This document shows, piece by piece, positions 13,519 through 23,046 of a stretch of 64,000 nt of DNA. The position numbers and the translations under genes were made by a program. Within the stretch, counting starts at the first letter, position 1. Each line of letters begins with the position of its first letter. A model generated the notes under the pieces. That model had not been told where the DNA came from, did no database searches, and saw only the letters and a list, made by a program, of their open reading frames with translations. The stretch comes from a candidate division WOR-3 bacterium (GTDB taxonomy: Bacteria; Hydrothermota; Hydrothermia; JBDRYB01), in assembly GCA_039803205.1 (NCBI GenBank), contig JBDRYB010000001.1, positions 267,413 through 331,412 on the forward strand, given 5' to 3'.

Positions 13519-14448
13519 ATGAAAATCGGCATAGTTGGCGCTGGAAAGGTGGGGCTCAGCCTCGCGGGCGCGCTCTCAGAAAGGGGTCAGGATGTAATCC
13601 TGCTCTCAGAGCACTACGGGGGGACACTCCCGTTTCTCAGGCGAAGGGACGCGAGGGGGTTCCTCGAGAGGTGCGATGGGGTTATAATCTCGGTGAGGGA
13701 CAGGGATATAGGAAGCACATCTGAGTATCTGGCATCAGCCGGGGCAGATGTAAAGGGCAAGGCCTTCCTCCACACCGCTGGAGCGCTGGACCCTTCGGTT
13801 CTCAGCCCCCTCAAAGCCAAAGGCTCAGCAGTCGGAGTCATGCACCCTATCCAGAGCTTTCCCAGGCCTGATCCTGGTCTCATAGCCGGAATATACATGG
13901 GGATCTCAGGAGACGACGAGGCAATATCCCTCGCTGGGCAAGTGGCCAGCACCCTGGGGTGCAAAACGATACGGGTAAAAGACCACGCGCTTTATCACGC
14001 GGCTTGCGTTATGTCAGCTGGCTTCATAGGGACCCTCATCAAGCTGGCGGCCAGGGTCATATCTGAGGCCTCGGATGGGGATTGGCGCGCTGTAATTCCG
14101 ATGGCCGAAAGAACCCTTAAAAACATTGAGGAAATGGGACCGGAGAGGGCATTAACCGGCCCTCAGATAAGGGGAGATTGGGAAACGGTTTCCGCGCACA
14201 TGCGGAAACTGCGCGCGTTTGATCCGGGCCTCGCCCTGCTTTATAATCTGCTCTCCGCGGAAATGACCGAAAAAGAGAAAGGCGGGCTTGATCCCGTGCT
14301 CCTCAGCGTCCTCGCTTGCCCGAAGTGCAAAGGAGAGCTGGAATACAGAAAAGATGATTCTGCCCTCATATGCCACAATTGCAGGCTCAGGTTCAGGATA
14401 GAGGACGGGATACCGATAATGCTAATAAGCGAGGCAGAGAGCTTCTGA
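13519..14448 (+). CDS. Rossmann-like/DUF2520 oxidoreductase fused to a C-terminal Trm112/YcaR-like domain
   Basis: IGIVGAGKVG, HTAGA, HPIQSF, LYHAAC, ALTGPQIRGD, then LDPVLLSVLACPKCKGEL...CHNCRLRFRIEDGIPIMLISEA. Confidence 0.85.
   Translation: MKIGIVGAGKVGLSLAGALSERGQDVILLSEHYGGTLPFLRRRDARGFLERCDGVIISVRDRDIGSTSEYLASAGADVKGKAFLHTAGALDPSVLSPLKAKGSAVGVMHPIQSFPRPDPGLIAGIYMGISGDDEAISLAGQVASTLGCKTIRVKDHALYHAACVMSAGFIGTLIKLAARVISEASDGDWRAVIPMAERTLKNIEEMGPERALTGPQIRGDWETVSAHMRKLRAFDPGLALLYNLLSAEMTEKEKGGLDPVLLSVLACPKCKGELEYRKDDSALICHNCRLRFRIEDGIPIMLISEAESF
14219..14247 (+). promoter_or_regulatory. Putative internal promoter upstream of the Trm112-like domain and porU
   Basis: TTGATC-N17-TATAAT, 15 nt before in-frame ATG 14263. 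Confidence 0.4.
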
Positions 14449-17400
14449 TGAGCTGGGTGTGGACCTTTATCCTCGCTCATGGCATAAGCCCCCTGATCCC
14501 CGATCAACCTAGCAAGAGAGCATCCCAGACGATCCCTTCGCGAACCACCGGAGATTCTGCCGAGATAACAATACTATCCTCGGATGAGAACAAATTGGTC
14601 TTCGCGGTTGATTTCCCTCCCGCGCAATACCAGGCCGAAACCCTGAACGGAAAACCCTATCTGAGATTCAAGGATGGGGGTTGGGGCGAGGCTGGCGAAC
14701 CCGACCTTCCGGCTCGCCTGGTGAGCTTCGCGGTCCCGAGGGGAAAATCCCCAAAGATAAGGGCAATAGCAACGGATCAGACGAGCTTCCAGGGCCCCCC
14801 TCCCCTCCCCTGCCCCAGGTATATCCACGACGGCCTTACGCCAGTATACGAGGCCAAGGATTACAAAACCCCTTGGCCAGCAAAGCCGTGGAGGATCTTA
14901 GCTCAGGGCCTCATGCGCCACCTTAAATACACGAGCATCCTCCTTTATCCGTGCTCATATAACGGGGGATCATACACATACGCGAGGAGGATGAGGGTTG
15001 AGGTTGAGTTCATCCCGGAGGATGATGGCCTCGTGCCGTTCTCAGGCTACGATCCCTTTGACGAGATATACGGCCTCAGGTTCATCAACTGGAAGGACCA
15101 GGCCTCCTGGAAGGCCGCTCTACCAACCAAAAAAGACATCCAGGACCCGTTCTCATCAGCACAAGCCTGGATCAAGGTCTCAGTTACGGAGCCTGGGGTC
15201 TACGAGGTGAGATACGAGGACATGATCGGCCTCGGGCTTTCCCCAGCGCTCTTATCCGATCCCAACAAGCTGGCTGTTTTTTCTCTGGGTAACGACACCA
15301 TGCGCTCCGACACGGGGCACATGGAGGTGGTCTTCTCAGAGGTGGCGGCGAGGGTTGACGACGCTGGGGACGGGGTCTTCGGCCCAGGGGACAGGGTTCT
15401 CTTCTACGCGCAGGGTATCCCTGACAGGAGATACAATGCCGTAGACAGGTATTTTGAATACTGGAACCATCCCTACACGGACACGGTTGTCTACTGGATA
15501 GCGGTTGGATACACGGGAATTCCGAAAAGGGCTCCGTCAAAGGACGCGAGGCCTATTGGGGCCCTAACATGCTCAACTAATACGGGTTACCTTCACCACG
15601 AGAGGAACAAACTGAACCTCGGGCAAAAGGGGATAATCTGGGTTGATGACTCTGTGCTCTCGCTACCCCAGAGCTCATCTTTCGCGGATTACCCCTTTGA
15701 GATGGAGTGCTTGGGGGTGAACGATGGGACCGGAAGCGTGTTTTTGGCGCTTGTCGGAAAGGATAACCAGGAGCTCGGAGCGGCCACATATCAGGTATGG
15801 GTTAACGGCCAGATGGTAGGCCAGTCCTCCACTGCGGCTGGAATGAGGAGGTTTTACAGGGTATCCGTGAGCAACCTGAGGGAAGGCCAAAACACCATAA
15901 CGATCCGCCTGATAAGAACGGACAGCTACGCTAAGGAGGTCTACCTTGACTTCATTGACCTCCAGTATTCCAAAAAGAACGAATACGGGAGCCAGGGCAA
16001 TCTCTTCTTCCCGGATAACGGATTCAACGGCAATTACAAGCTAAAAGCCAGTGGGCCGAGGCCTGTGTTCCTCTGGGATGTGAGCGATCCCTTTAACCCA
16101 GTGGTCCTCAGAAACTTCGCTTGGAACGACGGCCATCTTGAGTTTTCGGACTCCCTATTCCCGGGAAAGAGGTTATGGCTCTCCTGTTCAGCAAAAAGGC
16201 CCGTGAAACTATCCCTCCTTGACCTATCCGTGAACCTATGGGACAGAGGGAATCGGGCAGACTACATAATCTGCGGTCCAGACGCGCTCATGGAGCCCTG
16301 CCGTGCCCTCGTTGATTGGCGCGGGGAGCACCTATGGCTCTGGGCTGACAACCTCTGGAAAATGGGATCCGGGGCCGTCAAATATGTGAGGCTTGAGGAT
16401 GTCTATGACCAATTCGGGTTCGGAATGAGGGATCCCGTCGCTATAAGGAATTTTTACTGGTATGCTTATGCTTACTGGCAGGCCCCTCAGATAACATACT
16501 TCGTGAACATGGGCGATGGCAGTTATGATTACAAGGGCTACAGGACAACCGAGGGGAACATGTTTCCTCCTTGGAACCCGCGGGAGTCATACAGCCTGAA
16601 CTCCGGCCCCTGGACCCACGAGGACTTCTACTTTGATTTTGACGGGGACAACTTCCAGGATGTCCTTTATGGCCGCGTCACGGCCAGGAACGCCAAGGAG
16701 GCGTGGGACTATGTTGTCAAGATGAAGCGCTACGAGCGCGGGGAGGCGAACGGGCCCTGGAGGAACAGGGTGCTTTTGGTTCCGGACGACGAGTATTACG
16801 ATGGGCAACAGGATGGGATCTCGGACCACTGGACTAACGCTGATGACATTCAGAGAAACCACACGCCCCGTAGCCTTGAGGTGAGGCACTGCTACGGGAT
16901 TGAGTATCCCATGAGGGGAGGCATGAAGCCTGAGTGGACGGATGACTTCATAAGGTATTTCAACGAGGGCAACCTGCTGATAACCATGTTCGTTCACGGC
17001 TCCCCCACCCAGATCACGCACGAAAGGCTTTATCTCCTCGCAACGGACAGGGAGAGGATAAACGCTGGCCCACGAAACGCTCTGATCATGGTTCTCTCCT
17101 GCAAGGTCGGCATATTTGAACGCATTGATCCCCCCCACTGCATAGGAGAGGAGTGGGCCATAAGGCCGGACGGGGCCATAGGGGTGATCTCAACCCTGGC
17201 AGAGGCAACCAGCGGGGCCAACAGGATGTATGCCAGGGGGATGTATGATCTCCTCTCGGATTACAGCCCTCACCCAGCGGGCGAGGTTGAGCTGGCTGGC
17301 AAAAACGACCCCTCCTATTATTTGGCGGGGGAGCCCTGCGTCCCCATCCGTTTCCCCCCGCCAGAGCTCGCTCTAATTGCCCCCGATACCCTGACCCCGG

Positions 17401-18350
17401 GAACCAGGGCCGAGTTCTCCGGCTCAGGGGCAGGATGGCCCTTGGTTTATCCCCTTGGCCTGGATACGAGGTATCTCAAGGAGGGGTATACGGCTTTCGG
17501 TCAGTATTACTCCCTAGAATCAGAGGATTGGCCGCAGTTCCGTGGGGCAATAAGCGCCTCAGGCAGTTTCTCCGGCTCATACACGGTGCCAACCGATGCC
17601 AGGAGGGATACGGTGGGAGCGAGAATAGTGGTATATGACCCATCGCCCCCCTTCGGGAGGGTCGGCATCGCTGACAGCATCTACACATCGCAACCAGCCA
17701 GTTCCTCTGATATAACCGGTCCCACAATAAGGTTCTACTATGAGGGCAAAGAGCTCTCCGAGGGAGAAAGGGTTCCCCAGAAGGGATGTATTGAGTTCAG
17801 GGTCTCCGATCCATCCGGGATATACATAAGGCCAAGGGAAAAACCCATGGATGGCCCATCAATCCTTTTCATCCTTGATAACGAGAACTACGATGTTACC
17901 ACCTCATTCCAGTATGACAAAAACTCTGACACATCCGGGTTTGGGTTCTACGAATACGATCTCACGGGCGAGGCTGAGGCAACCCACACATTCGGCTTGA
18001 GGGCATACGATAACATAATGAACCTGAGCACAAGGATAATTCCTCTCGTTGTAGGGGAGACGGAGCTATCGCTCACTGACGCCCTGCCCGTCCCCAATCC
18101 CTTCACCGGAGGGAGGCTCTATTTCTCTTTCAGGGTCAACACCCAGGCAAGGGTAAGGGTAAAGCTTTTGACCATAACCGGAAAAGAGGTCTGGAACTCA
18201 GGGGAGAAGGTGGTGCCACAGGGCTTAAACCACTTCCTTTACACTGGTCCCGATGTTGCTAACGGGCTTTATTTCGTGGTTTTTGAGGCGAGGATCCCGA
18301 ACGACACGAAGAAGCAGAAAATAGTTGAGAAGCTCCTCATAACGAAATAG
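14448..18350 (+). CDS. porU: PorU-like C25 (gingipain-family) cysteine peptidase, candidate T9SS sortase
   Basis: C25 motifs EDVYDQFGFGMRDPVAIRNF, MGDGSYDYK, YGRV, catalytic-type VHGS and LSC; C-terminal PVPNPF...VANGLYF. ATG overlaps the upstream TGA (TGATG). Confidence 0.8.
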   Translation: MSWVWTFILAHGISPLIPDQPSKRASQTIPSRTTGDSAEITILSSDENKLVFAVDFPPAQYQAETLNGKPYLRFKDGGWGEAGEPDLPARLVSFAVPRGKSPKIRAIATDQTSFQGPPPLPCPRYIHDGLTPVYEAKDYKTPWPAKPWRILAQGLMRHLKYTSILLYPCSYNGGSYTYARRMRVEVEFIPEDDGLVPFSGYDPFDEIYGLRFINWKDQASWKAALPTKKDIQDPFSSAQAWIKVSVTEPGVYEVRYEDMIGLGLSPALLSDPNKLAVFSLGNDTMRSDTGHMEVVFSEVAARVDDAGDGVFGPGDRVLFYAQGIPDRRYNAVDRYFEYWNHPYTDTVVYWIAVGYTGIPKRAPSKDARPIGALTCSTNTGYLHHERNKLNLGQKGIIWVDDSVLSLPQSSSFADYPFEMECLGVNDGTGSVFLALVGKDNQELGAATYQVWVNGQMVGQSSTAAGMRRFYRVSVSNLREGQNTITIRLIRTDSYAKEVYLDFIDLQYSKKNEYGSQGNLFFPDNGFNGNYKLKASGPRPVFLWDVSDPFNPVVLRNFAWNDGHLEFSDSLFPGKRLWLSCSAKRPVKLSLLDLSVNLWDRGNRADYIICGPDALMEPCRALVDWRGEHLWLWADNLWKMGSGAVKYVRLEDVYDQFGFGMRDPVAIRNFYWYAYAYWQAPQITYFVNMGDGSYDYKGYRTTEGNMFPPWNPRESYSLNSGPWTHEDFYFDFDGDNFQDVLYGRVTARNAKEAWDYVVKMKRYERGEANGPWRNRVLLVPDDEYYDGQQDGISDHWTNADDIQRNHTPRSLEVRHCYGIEYPMRGGMKPEWTDDFIRYFNEGNLLITMFVHGSPTQITHERLYLLATDRERINAGPRNALIMVLSCKVGIFERIDPPHCIGEEWAIRPDGAIGVISTLAEATSGANRMYARGMYDLLSDYSPHPAGEVELAGKNDPSYYLAGEPCVPIRFPPPELALIAPDTLTPGTRAEFSGSGAGWPLVYPLGLDTRYLKEGYTAFGQYYSLESEDWPQFRGAISASGSFSGSYTVPTDARRDTVGARIVVYDPSPPFGRVGIADSIYTSQPASSSDITGPTIRFYYEGKELSEGERVPQKGCIEFRVSDPSGIYIRPREKPMDGPSILFILDNENYDVTTSFQYDKNSDTSGFGFYEYDLTGEAEATHTFGLRAYDNIMNLSTRIIPLVVGETELSLTDALPVPNPFTGGRLYFSFRVNTQARVRVKLLTITGKEVWNSGEKVVPQGLNHFLYTGPDVANGLYFVVFEARIPNDTKKQKIVEKLLITK

Positions 18351-18362
18351 CGACTAGAAACC

Positions 18363-19937
18363 TTACCTCGTGAAGGCCCCGGCGCTCTCCTGGCCCTCCT
18401 TTGTCCTCAGGACAACCCTGTAGTAGCCCTTTGCCAGGCCGGAGAGATCAACCCTGAAACGGCCAGATACCTCCCTGCTCACAGCGAGCCTTCCCGTCGC
18501 GTCGTAGACCAAGAGCGTTCCCTCTGAGACCTCTCCAAGAGCGAGCTGGCCCCCGATGACCATCAGGCTCGGCTCACGGACGACAGGGCCTTCCTCGGTC
18601 TCAGAGAATGTCGTATCCGTGCCGAAGTAGATCTTCTGGTGGCCCTCCCTCGTGTCTGTCCAGACGAGGTATGGCTTCCCGTTGTGGCCAGCAAGGCCTA
18701 TGTATTCCCCGATTAGCCCAGCCTTCTCAACCGGAGCCGATGACTCGGATGTCACCCTTCGGTTCGGAGCCCATGTAACCCCTCCGTCCGTGCTCTTCGT
18801 GTAATAAAGGTTGAAATAGTAGTTTGAAGGGTCATCTCGCCTATCGTAGAAGGCAACATGAATGACTCCGGTGTTGTCAACGAAAAGCCAAGGGTGAAAC
18901 TGGTCCCTTCCGTTGCCCGTAGGGTCATCGTTTATCCGGAGGGGTGTTGACCAGCTTATTCCGCCGTTCGTCGATCTAATGAAGTATATGTCCAGGCCGG
19001 AAGAGCCGTTGGAGCCAGCATAGGCAATGTAGAGGTTTCCGTCATACGGCCCTCCGCTCACATCAGCGTCCATAGCGGGGAACGAGAAGGTCATTATCCC
19101 TCCGTTGATCTCGCCCATTCCGAAGTTCGTGTTGACTATTGGGTTATCCGTGCCAAAGGATGCCCCGCCGTTTGTTGATTTGTCCAGGTATATGTAGTAA
19201 TCCCCGAGATCAACCCAGGCAACATAAAGGGTTCCATCGGAACCAACGCATGGAACCGACCACTGGGTGTAGTTGGACGATGAGACCCGGACAGGGCTGT
19301 TCCATGTCTGGCCTCGGTCTGTCGATCTTATGCAACAGATGTAGCACTCAGAGAGGTAATTGGCGAAACGCGTCCAGGATATATACATGTAGCCGTCCCT
19401 GGAGCCTCCGGACCTGTCGCATGTGGTCATCTCCTTGTCCTCAAAGTAGTAGTCTCCGGGGGTGTAGAGCGCGGTAAAAGGCCCATCCCAGCTCATCCCG
19501 CCGTTCGTTGACCTGTAGACCTGGAAGCCGGAGTTCTCGTATCCCGAGGAGGAGAAGTTCAGGGCTGTGGCGTAGAATGTGCCATCAGAAGCAACAGTGA
19601 GGCAGGGATCGGAATCCCAGGCCTCTATCCCGGGAACGAGAAGGCTATCAGACCATGTTTTTCCCTCGTCCGTTGAGACCCCTATGCCTATCCGCCTGTA
19701 TCCGAGCCTGAAATCCCGCCAAACAGCAACTATGTTCTGCGGGTTATTGGGGTTCATCCAGACCTGTTCCTCGTTGTGGATGTTTGTGCTCGCGTCAGAG
19801 TTGACCCTTATGTTTGAGAAATCGGTCGTGACCTTATCCCCAAGGATACGGATGCCCTCGGTGTTCGTCTGGGTTTCCCAGACATCCTTAAGGTTCATCG
19901 GGCCCTCAGTGCAAAGAAGCAAAACGAAAAGGTTCAT
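18363..19937 (-). CDS. BNR/Asp-box (sialidase-like) beta-propeller protein with T9SS-type CTD
   Basis: Repeated S-T-D/N-x-G-x-(T/S)-W boxes (STDEGKTW, STNGGMSW, STDRGQTW, STNGGISW, STDGGVTW); CTD VYDATGR...LSGLAKGYY. Confidence 0.85.
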   Translation of the reverse strand: MNLFVLLLCTEGPMNLKDVWETQTNTEGIRILGDKVTTDFSNIRVNSDASTNIHNEEQVWMNPNNPQNIVAVWRDFRLGYRRIGIGVSTDEGKTWSDSLLVPGIEAWDSDPCLTVASDGTFYATALNFSSSGYENSGFQVYRSTNGGMSWDGPFTALYTPGDYYFEDKEMTTCDRSGGSRDGYMYISWTRFANYLSECYICCIRSTDRGQTWNSPVRVSSSNYTQWSVPCVGSDGTLYVAWVDLGDYYIYLDKSTNGGASFGTDNPIVNTNFGMGEINGGIMTFSFPAMDADVSGGPYDGNLYIAYAGSNGSSGLDIYFIRSTNGGISWSTPLRINDDPTGNGRDQFHPWLFVDNTGVIHVAFYDRRDDPSNYYFNLYYTKSTDGGVTWAPNRRVTSESSAPVEKAGLIGEYIGLAGHNGKPYLVWTDTREGHQKIYFGTDTTFSETEEGPVVREPSLMVIGGQLALGEVSEGTLLVYDATGRLAVSREVSGRFRVDLSGLAKGYYRVVLRTKEGQESAGAFTR

Positions 19938-20030
19938 AGCTCACAAATTATAAGGCCGCCCCAGGTCCCGTTCAAAACAGCCCGTAAGACAAATAAGGTC
20001 AAGAAATCAGGCCCCGCGCCTGCCAATTTT

Positions 20031-21242
20031 CTACAGCCAGTCCATCCTCATGGCCTTCCTGACCAATGCCATGGTTTTCCCGGCTTCATCCCGCGCCCTC
20101 TTGGAACCCTCCCTGAGGACATCTATCAGGTAATCATCTTTGAAAGAGGCCCTGCGCTCCCTGAGAGGCTCCAGAAACTCGTTCAGGCCAGCTGCCGCGC
20201 GCTTCTTGCACTCAACGCAACCCAGTTCCCCGCGCTCGCAGGCTATCTTGACCTCATCTGCCCTCTCAGGCAGAAACGCCTTTATCAGGAGGAAGACCGG
20301 GCAATCCTCCGGGTGGCCCGGGTCGCTCTTTCTTATCTTTGATGGGTCAGTAAAAAAGCCCATGAGCTTGCGCTCAAGGAGATCAGGGGCATCAGCGAGA
20401 TATATCCCGTTATCGTAGCGCTTGCTCATCTTTCTCCCGTCAGAACCCAGAATCCTGGGCACTGGCGTGAGAAGCGCCTCCGGCTCAGGGAAAACCTGGG
20501 CGTAGAGGGAGTTGAAACGGCGAACGATGTCCCTGGCGAACTCAATGTGGGGAACCTGATCCTCACCAACAGGAACCACATGAGCCCTGTATATTGCGAT
20601 GTCAGCCGCTTGAAGTATTGGGTATTCAAGGAAACCGCAGGATATCGCCTCAAAGCCTGGGACATCCGAGAAATCAACGCCAGCCACAGCGCCAGCCAGG
20701 ACCTCCGAGGCCCTATCAGTCAGTAAGGAAAGCTCTGATGAGAGCTTTTGTTTGGCGGTCTCGGGATCCGGCTTGCCGGAGACGAACTCCGCCAGCCGAT
20801 CCACGACCTCAGCCCTCATCCTCCTGAGGACATCCGAGACATCCCCTGTTTCGGTCCGCAGTTTGTCCTTCATGGTCTCAGCCCTTATGTCCTCAAGGTG
20901 CTCCTTGAATGTGGGGACCCGGAGGGCCTTTGAGAGGGAGACCAGCATTGAGAAAAGCAGGTGGAGTTCAGCGTGCTCAGGGACGGCTGATTGGAGAAAC
21001 AGCACGGATCTCTCCGGCGAGAGCCCAACAGCGAGCCAATCCCTGACCATCTCAAGGGTGTTTTGCCTCAGGGCCCCGGTCTCAGCGTAGTCAGTCGTCA
21101 AAGAGTGCCAGTCAACGACGCAGTAGAATGTCTCGTATTCTCCAGAGTCCTGGATCCTGACCCAGTTGAAGAAAGCGCCAGCGAGGTTCCCCAGATGGGC
21201 CTTTCCCGTTGGCCTCGTCCCGGAGAGAACGCGTCTCTTCAC
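20031..21242 (-). CDS. trpS: Tryptophan--tRNA ligase
   Basis: SGTRPTGKAHLGN, YPILQAADI, VPVGEDQVPH, KMSKR. Start at GTG 21242, 6 nt after a -10 box. Confidence 0.96.
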   Translation of the reverse strand: MKRRVLSGTRPTGKAHLGNLAGAFFNWVRIQDSGEYETFYCVVDWHSLTTDYAETGALRQNTLEMVRDWLAVGLSPERSVLFLQSAVPEHAELHLLFSMLVSLSKALRVPTFKEHLEDIRAETMKDKLRTETGDVSDVLRRMRAEVVDRLAEFVSGKPDPETAKQKLSSELSLLTDRASEVLAGAVAGVDFSDVPGFEAISCGFLEYPILQAADIAIYRAHVVPVGEDQVPHIEFARDIVRRFNSLYAQVFPEPEALLTPVPRILGSDGRKMSKRYDNGIYLADAPDLLERKLMGFFTDPSKIRKSDPGHPEDCPVFLLIKAFLPERADEVKIACERGELGCVECKKRAAAGLNEFLEPLRERRASFKDDYLIDVLREGSKRARDEAGKTMALVRKAMRMDWL

Positions 21243-21248
21243 ATTCAA

Positions 21249-21278
21249 ATTATCGCTGATCCTACCGAACCGGTTCAA
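21249..21278 (-). promoter_or_regulatory. Putative leaderless promoter of trpS, overlapping the 3' end of the tnaA remnant
   Basis: TTGAAC (21278-21273)-N18-GATAAT (21254-21249)-N6-GTG. Confidence 0.55.
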
Positions 21279-21829
21279 GCTCGCAAAGGAAATGTCTTAG
21301 AGCCTTCGGTTCCCACACGATTCTGTATCCCCGAATGTCTTTTCTTTTATCGTAGACCCTTTTCGCGGCCTCAGCGACCCAATCAAGGTGAGCTTTGGTA
21401 TAGACACGCCTTGGTATGGCCAGGCGAACGAACTCGTGCTTGGCCTCAGGGTGGTGTCAAAGAGGGTGTTTGAAATGACTATATCCCCCTGCCTCAGGAG
21501 AACCGAGGCGATTATCCTCTCGCCCCCCTGCCCTGGTGGACCGGTATCACATGGGGCATGCCCATGAACTCCTGGACAGCGCGCTCAAACCTATACCATG
21601 ACTTGGCTGAGGCGTAGGACTCGTCCCCCAGCATGAGGGCTGACCACTGCTCCTGGCTCATTGCTCCGGTTCCGGAATCGGTCAAAAGGTCAACGAAAAC
21701 CTTCTCCGCTGGTATCTTGAAAAGGTTGTAGTGGGCCTCCTTCAGGAGCCTATCCCTTTCCTCAGGGCCAGGGATCTCTATGTGCTCAACGCTCTTTATC
21801 CTAAAGGGTTCTATGGGGTATTCTGGCAT
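21262..21829 (-). pseudogene. tnaA: Tryptophanase / tyrosine phenol-lyase family pseudogene (frameshift plus large internal deletion)
   Basis: N-terminus EPFRIKSVE...[12 protein letters not shown]...GDESYA...HQGRGA; a 1-nt frameshift near 21520 continues [24 protein letters not shown]; near 21450 it jumps to the family C-terminus EFVRLAIPRRVYTKAHLDWV...ALRHFLCELEPVR*. The PLP-lysine region is missing. Confidence 0.9.
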
Positions 21830-21944
21830 TAGGAAAGCGTTCCTTTCGCGCTCAGGACCACTTGCCTGCCCCTGTAATGAAGCCGAGATGCCCATGTGAA
21901 GGGGTCAGGAAGATAGAGGGCGATCAGGATGCGACGCCAGCGGC

Positions 21945-22499
21945 TTATTCCCCCTCCCAGAGCTCCCTGATGTCAACTGGAAAGCCCAGGGCAAAAAGAA
22001 CCCTCTTGACCACGAAATCAACGAGCTCTGTTATTGATTCTGGGTTGTGATAAAATCCGGGACACGCTGGCATGACCGTTGCGCCACCTAGAGAAACCTT
22101 TAGCATCGCCTCAATGATAACCGGCGAAAGGGGCGTCTCCCTTATCAAAAGAACGAGGGGCCTTCTTTCTTTAAGCGCGACCTGCGCGGCTCTGGTAACC
22201 AAGTTGTCCCCTATGCCTGAGGCTATCTTGCCCAGGGTTGAGACAGAACAAGGGACGACCCCAAAAGCGGAAAACCCAGCTGTTCCTGAGGCAGGGCCCC
22301 TCGCAATATCATCCGCTTCATAGACCTCTGTCGCGAGGCCCTTTATCTCATCCAGGGAAAATCCCTCGGCCTCAAGGACATGATTGCCCCACCGGGTTAT
22401 GGCGACATGGGCCTCGGCTCCGAGGTCTCTCATCTCCTCAAGGAGCCTCACCGCGTAAGCCGCGCCTGAGGCGCCTGTTATTCCCAGAAAGACCCTCAT
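21945..22499 (-). CDS. ubiX: Flavin prenyltransferase UbiX
   Basis: LGITGASGA, PASGT, PCSVSTL, DNLVTRAA, LKERRPLVL, RETPL, PGFYHNP. Confidence 0.95.
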   Translation of the reverse strand: MRVFLGITGASGAAYAVRLLEEMRDLGAEAHVAITRWGNHVLEAEGFSLDEIKGLATEVYEADDIARGPASGTAGFSAFGVVPCSVSTLGKIASGIGDNLVTRAAQVALKERRPLVLLIRETPLSPVIIEAMLKVSLGGATVMPACPGFYHNPESITELVDFVVKRVLFALGFPVDIRELWEGE

Positions 22500-23041
22500 C
22501 TGACCAGGAATATGTTCTCGGGCAGGGTCAGCTTCTCCTCAGGGATGGCGGAGCTCGTGTCCAGCCTCATCAAGGAGCACTCGTAGACCTCCTTCCCAAC
22601 ATTAAACCTGTAGTAGAGGGTCAGGCCCCCCCAACGCAGGAGCTTTCCCTCGTTTGAGGTGTCATCGCCCGTCAGCTTGTAGGCAACGCAGGTATAGCCC
22701 ATGTATTCCTCGGTTCCTATCTTCTCTCCCTTCATCCCTTCGTGGCCGAGCACAATCCCCTTTGAGACCGGGTCTCCAGTGCACCAGAAGTTCACGAGGT
22801 CCTCAGGGGTCTTGAAATATCCCTCCTGCGCTGAGAACTCCATGAGGCTCATGTCAACCTTCCAGCCCTTCTTGTCAAGAACCAGGCCCCTCTCGGAGAG
22901 CTCTCCGCCTCGGTATATGAACATCCCTACCCGTTTCCCGTAATCCGCTATGTAAGCGACCGAGCTGTCCTCACCCACCCTCCAAGCAACTATTGCCTTC
23001 TGGAAGGAGAAGGGCCCGGCCATTAGCGTTAATAAAAGCAT
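22496..23041 (-). CDS. Hypothetical exported protein (possibly DUF4412-like)
   Basis: SD GGAGGTG before ATG 23041; short hydrophobic N-terminus; GTEEYMGYTCVAY and IPEEKLTLP segments. Confidence 0.55.
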   Translation of the reverse strand: MLLLTLMAGPFSFQKAIVAWRVGEDSSVAYIADYGKRVGMFIYRGGELSERGLVLDKKGWKVDMSLMEFSAQEGYFKTPEDLVNFWCTGDPVSKGIVLGHEGMKGEKIGTEEYMGYTCVAYKLTGDDTSNEGKLLRWGGLTLYYRFNVGKEVYECSLMRLDTSSAIPEEKLTLPENIFLVR

Positions 23042-23046
23042 GTATC

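Noticed and set aside
14370..14447. Upstream extension of the PorU-like ORF
   Set aside because: It overlaps the Trm112-like domain; the TGATG coupling at 14446-14450 gives a better start.
20645..20895. TrpRS insert as an intein
   Set aside because: It lacks the C/S N-terminus and HN-C/S/T C-terminal junction, and is too short and helical.
21830..21944. Possible TnaC-like Trp leader peptide or T-box upstream of the tnaA remnant (a frame reads [17 protein letters not shown]...)
   Set aside because: There is no canonical start, no resemblance to TnaC that I can support, and no T-box motif seen. It may be a gene remnant, but I cannot support that.
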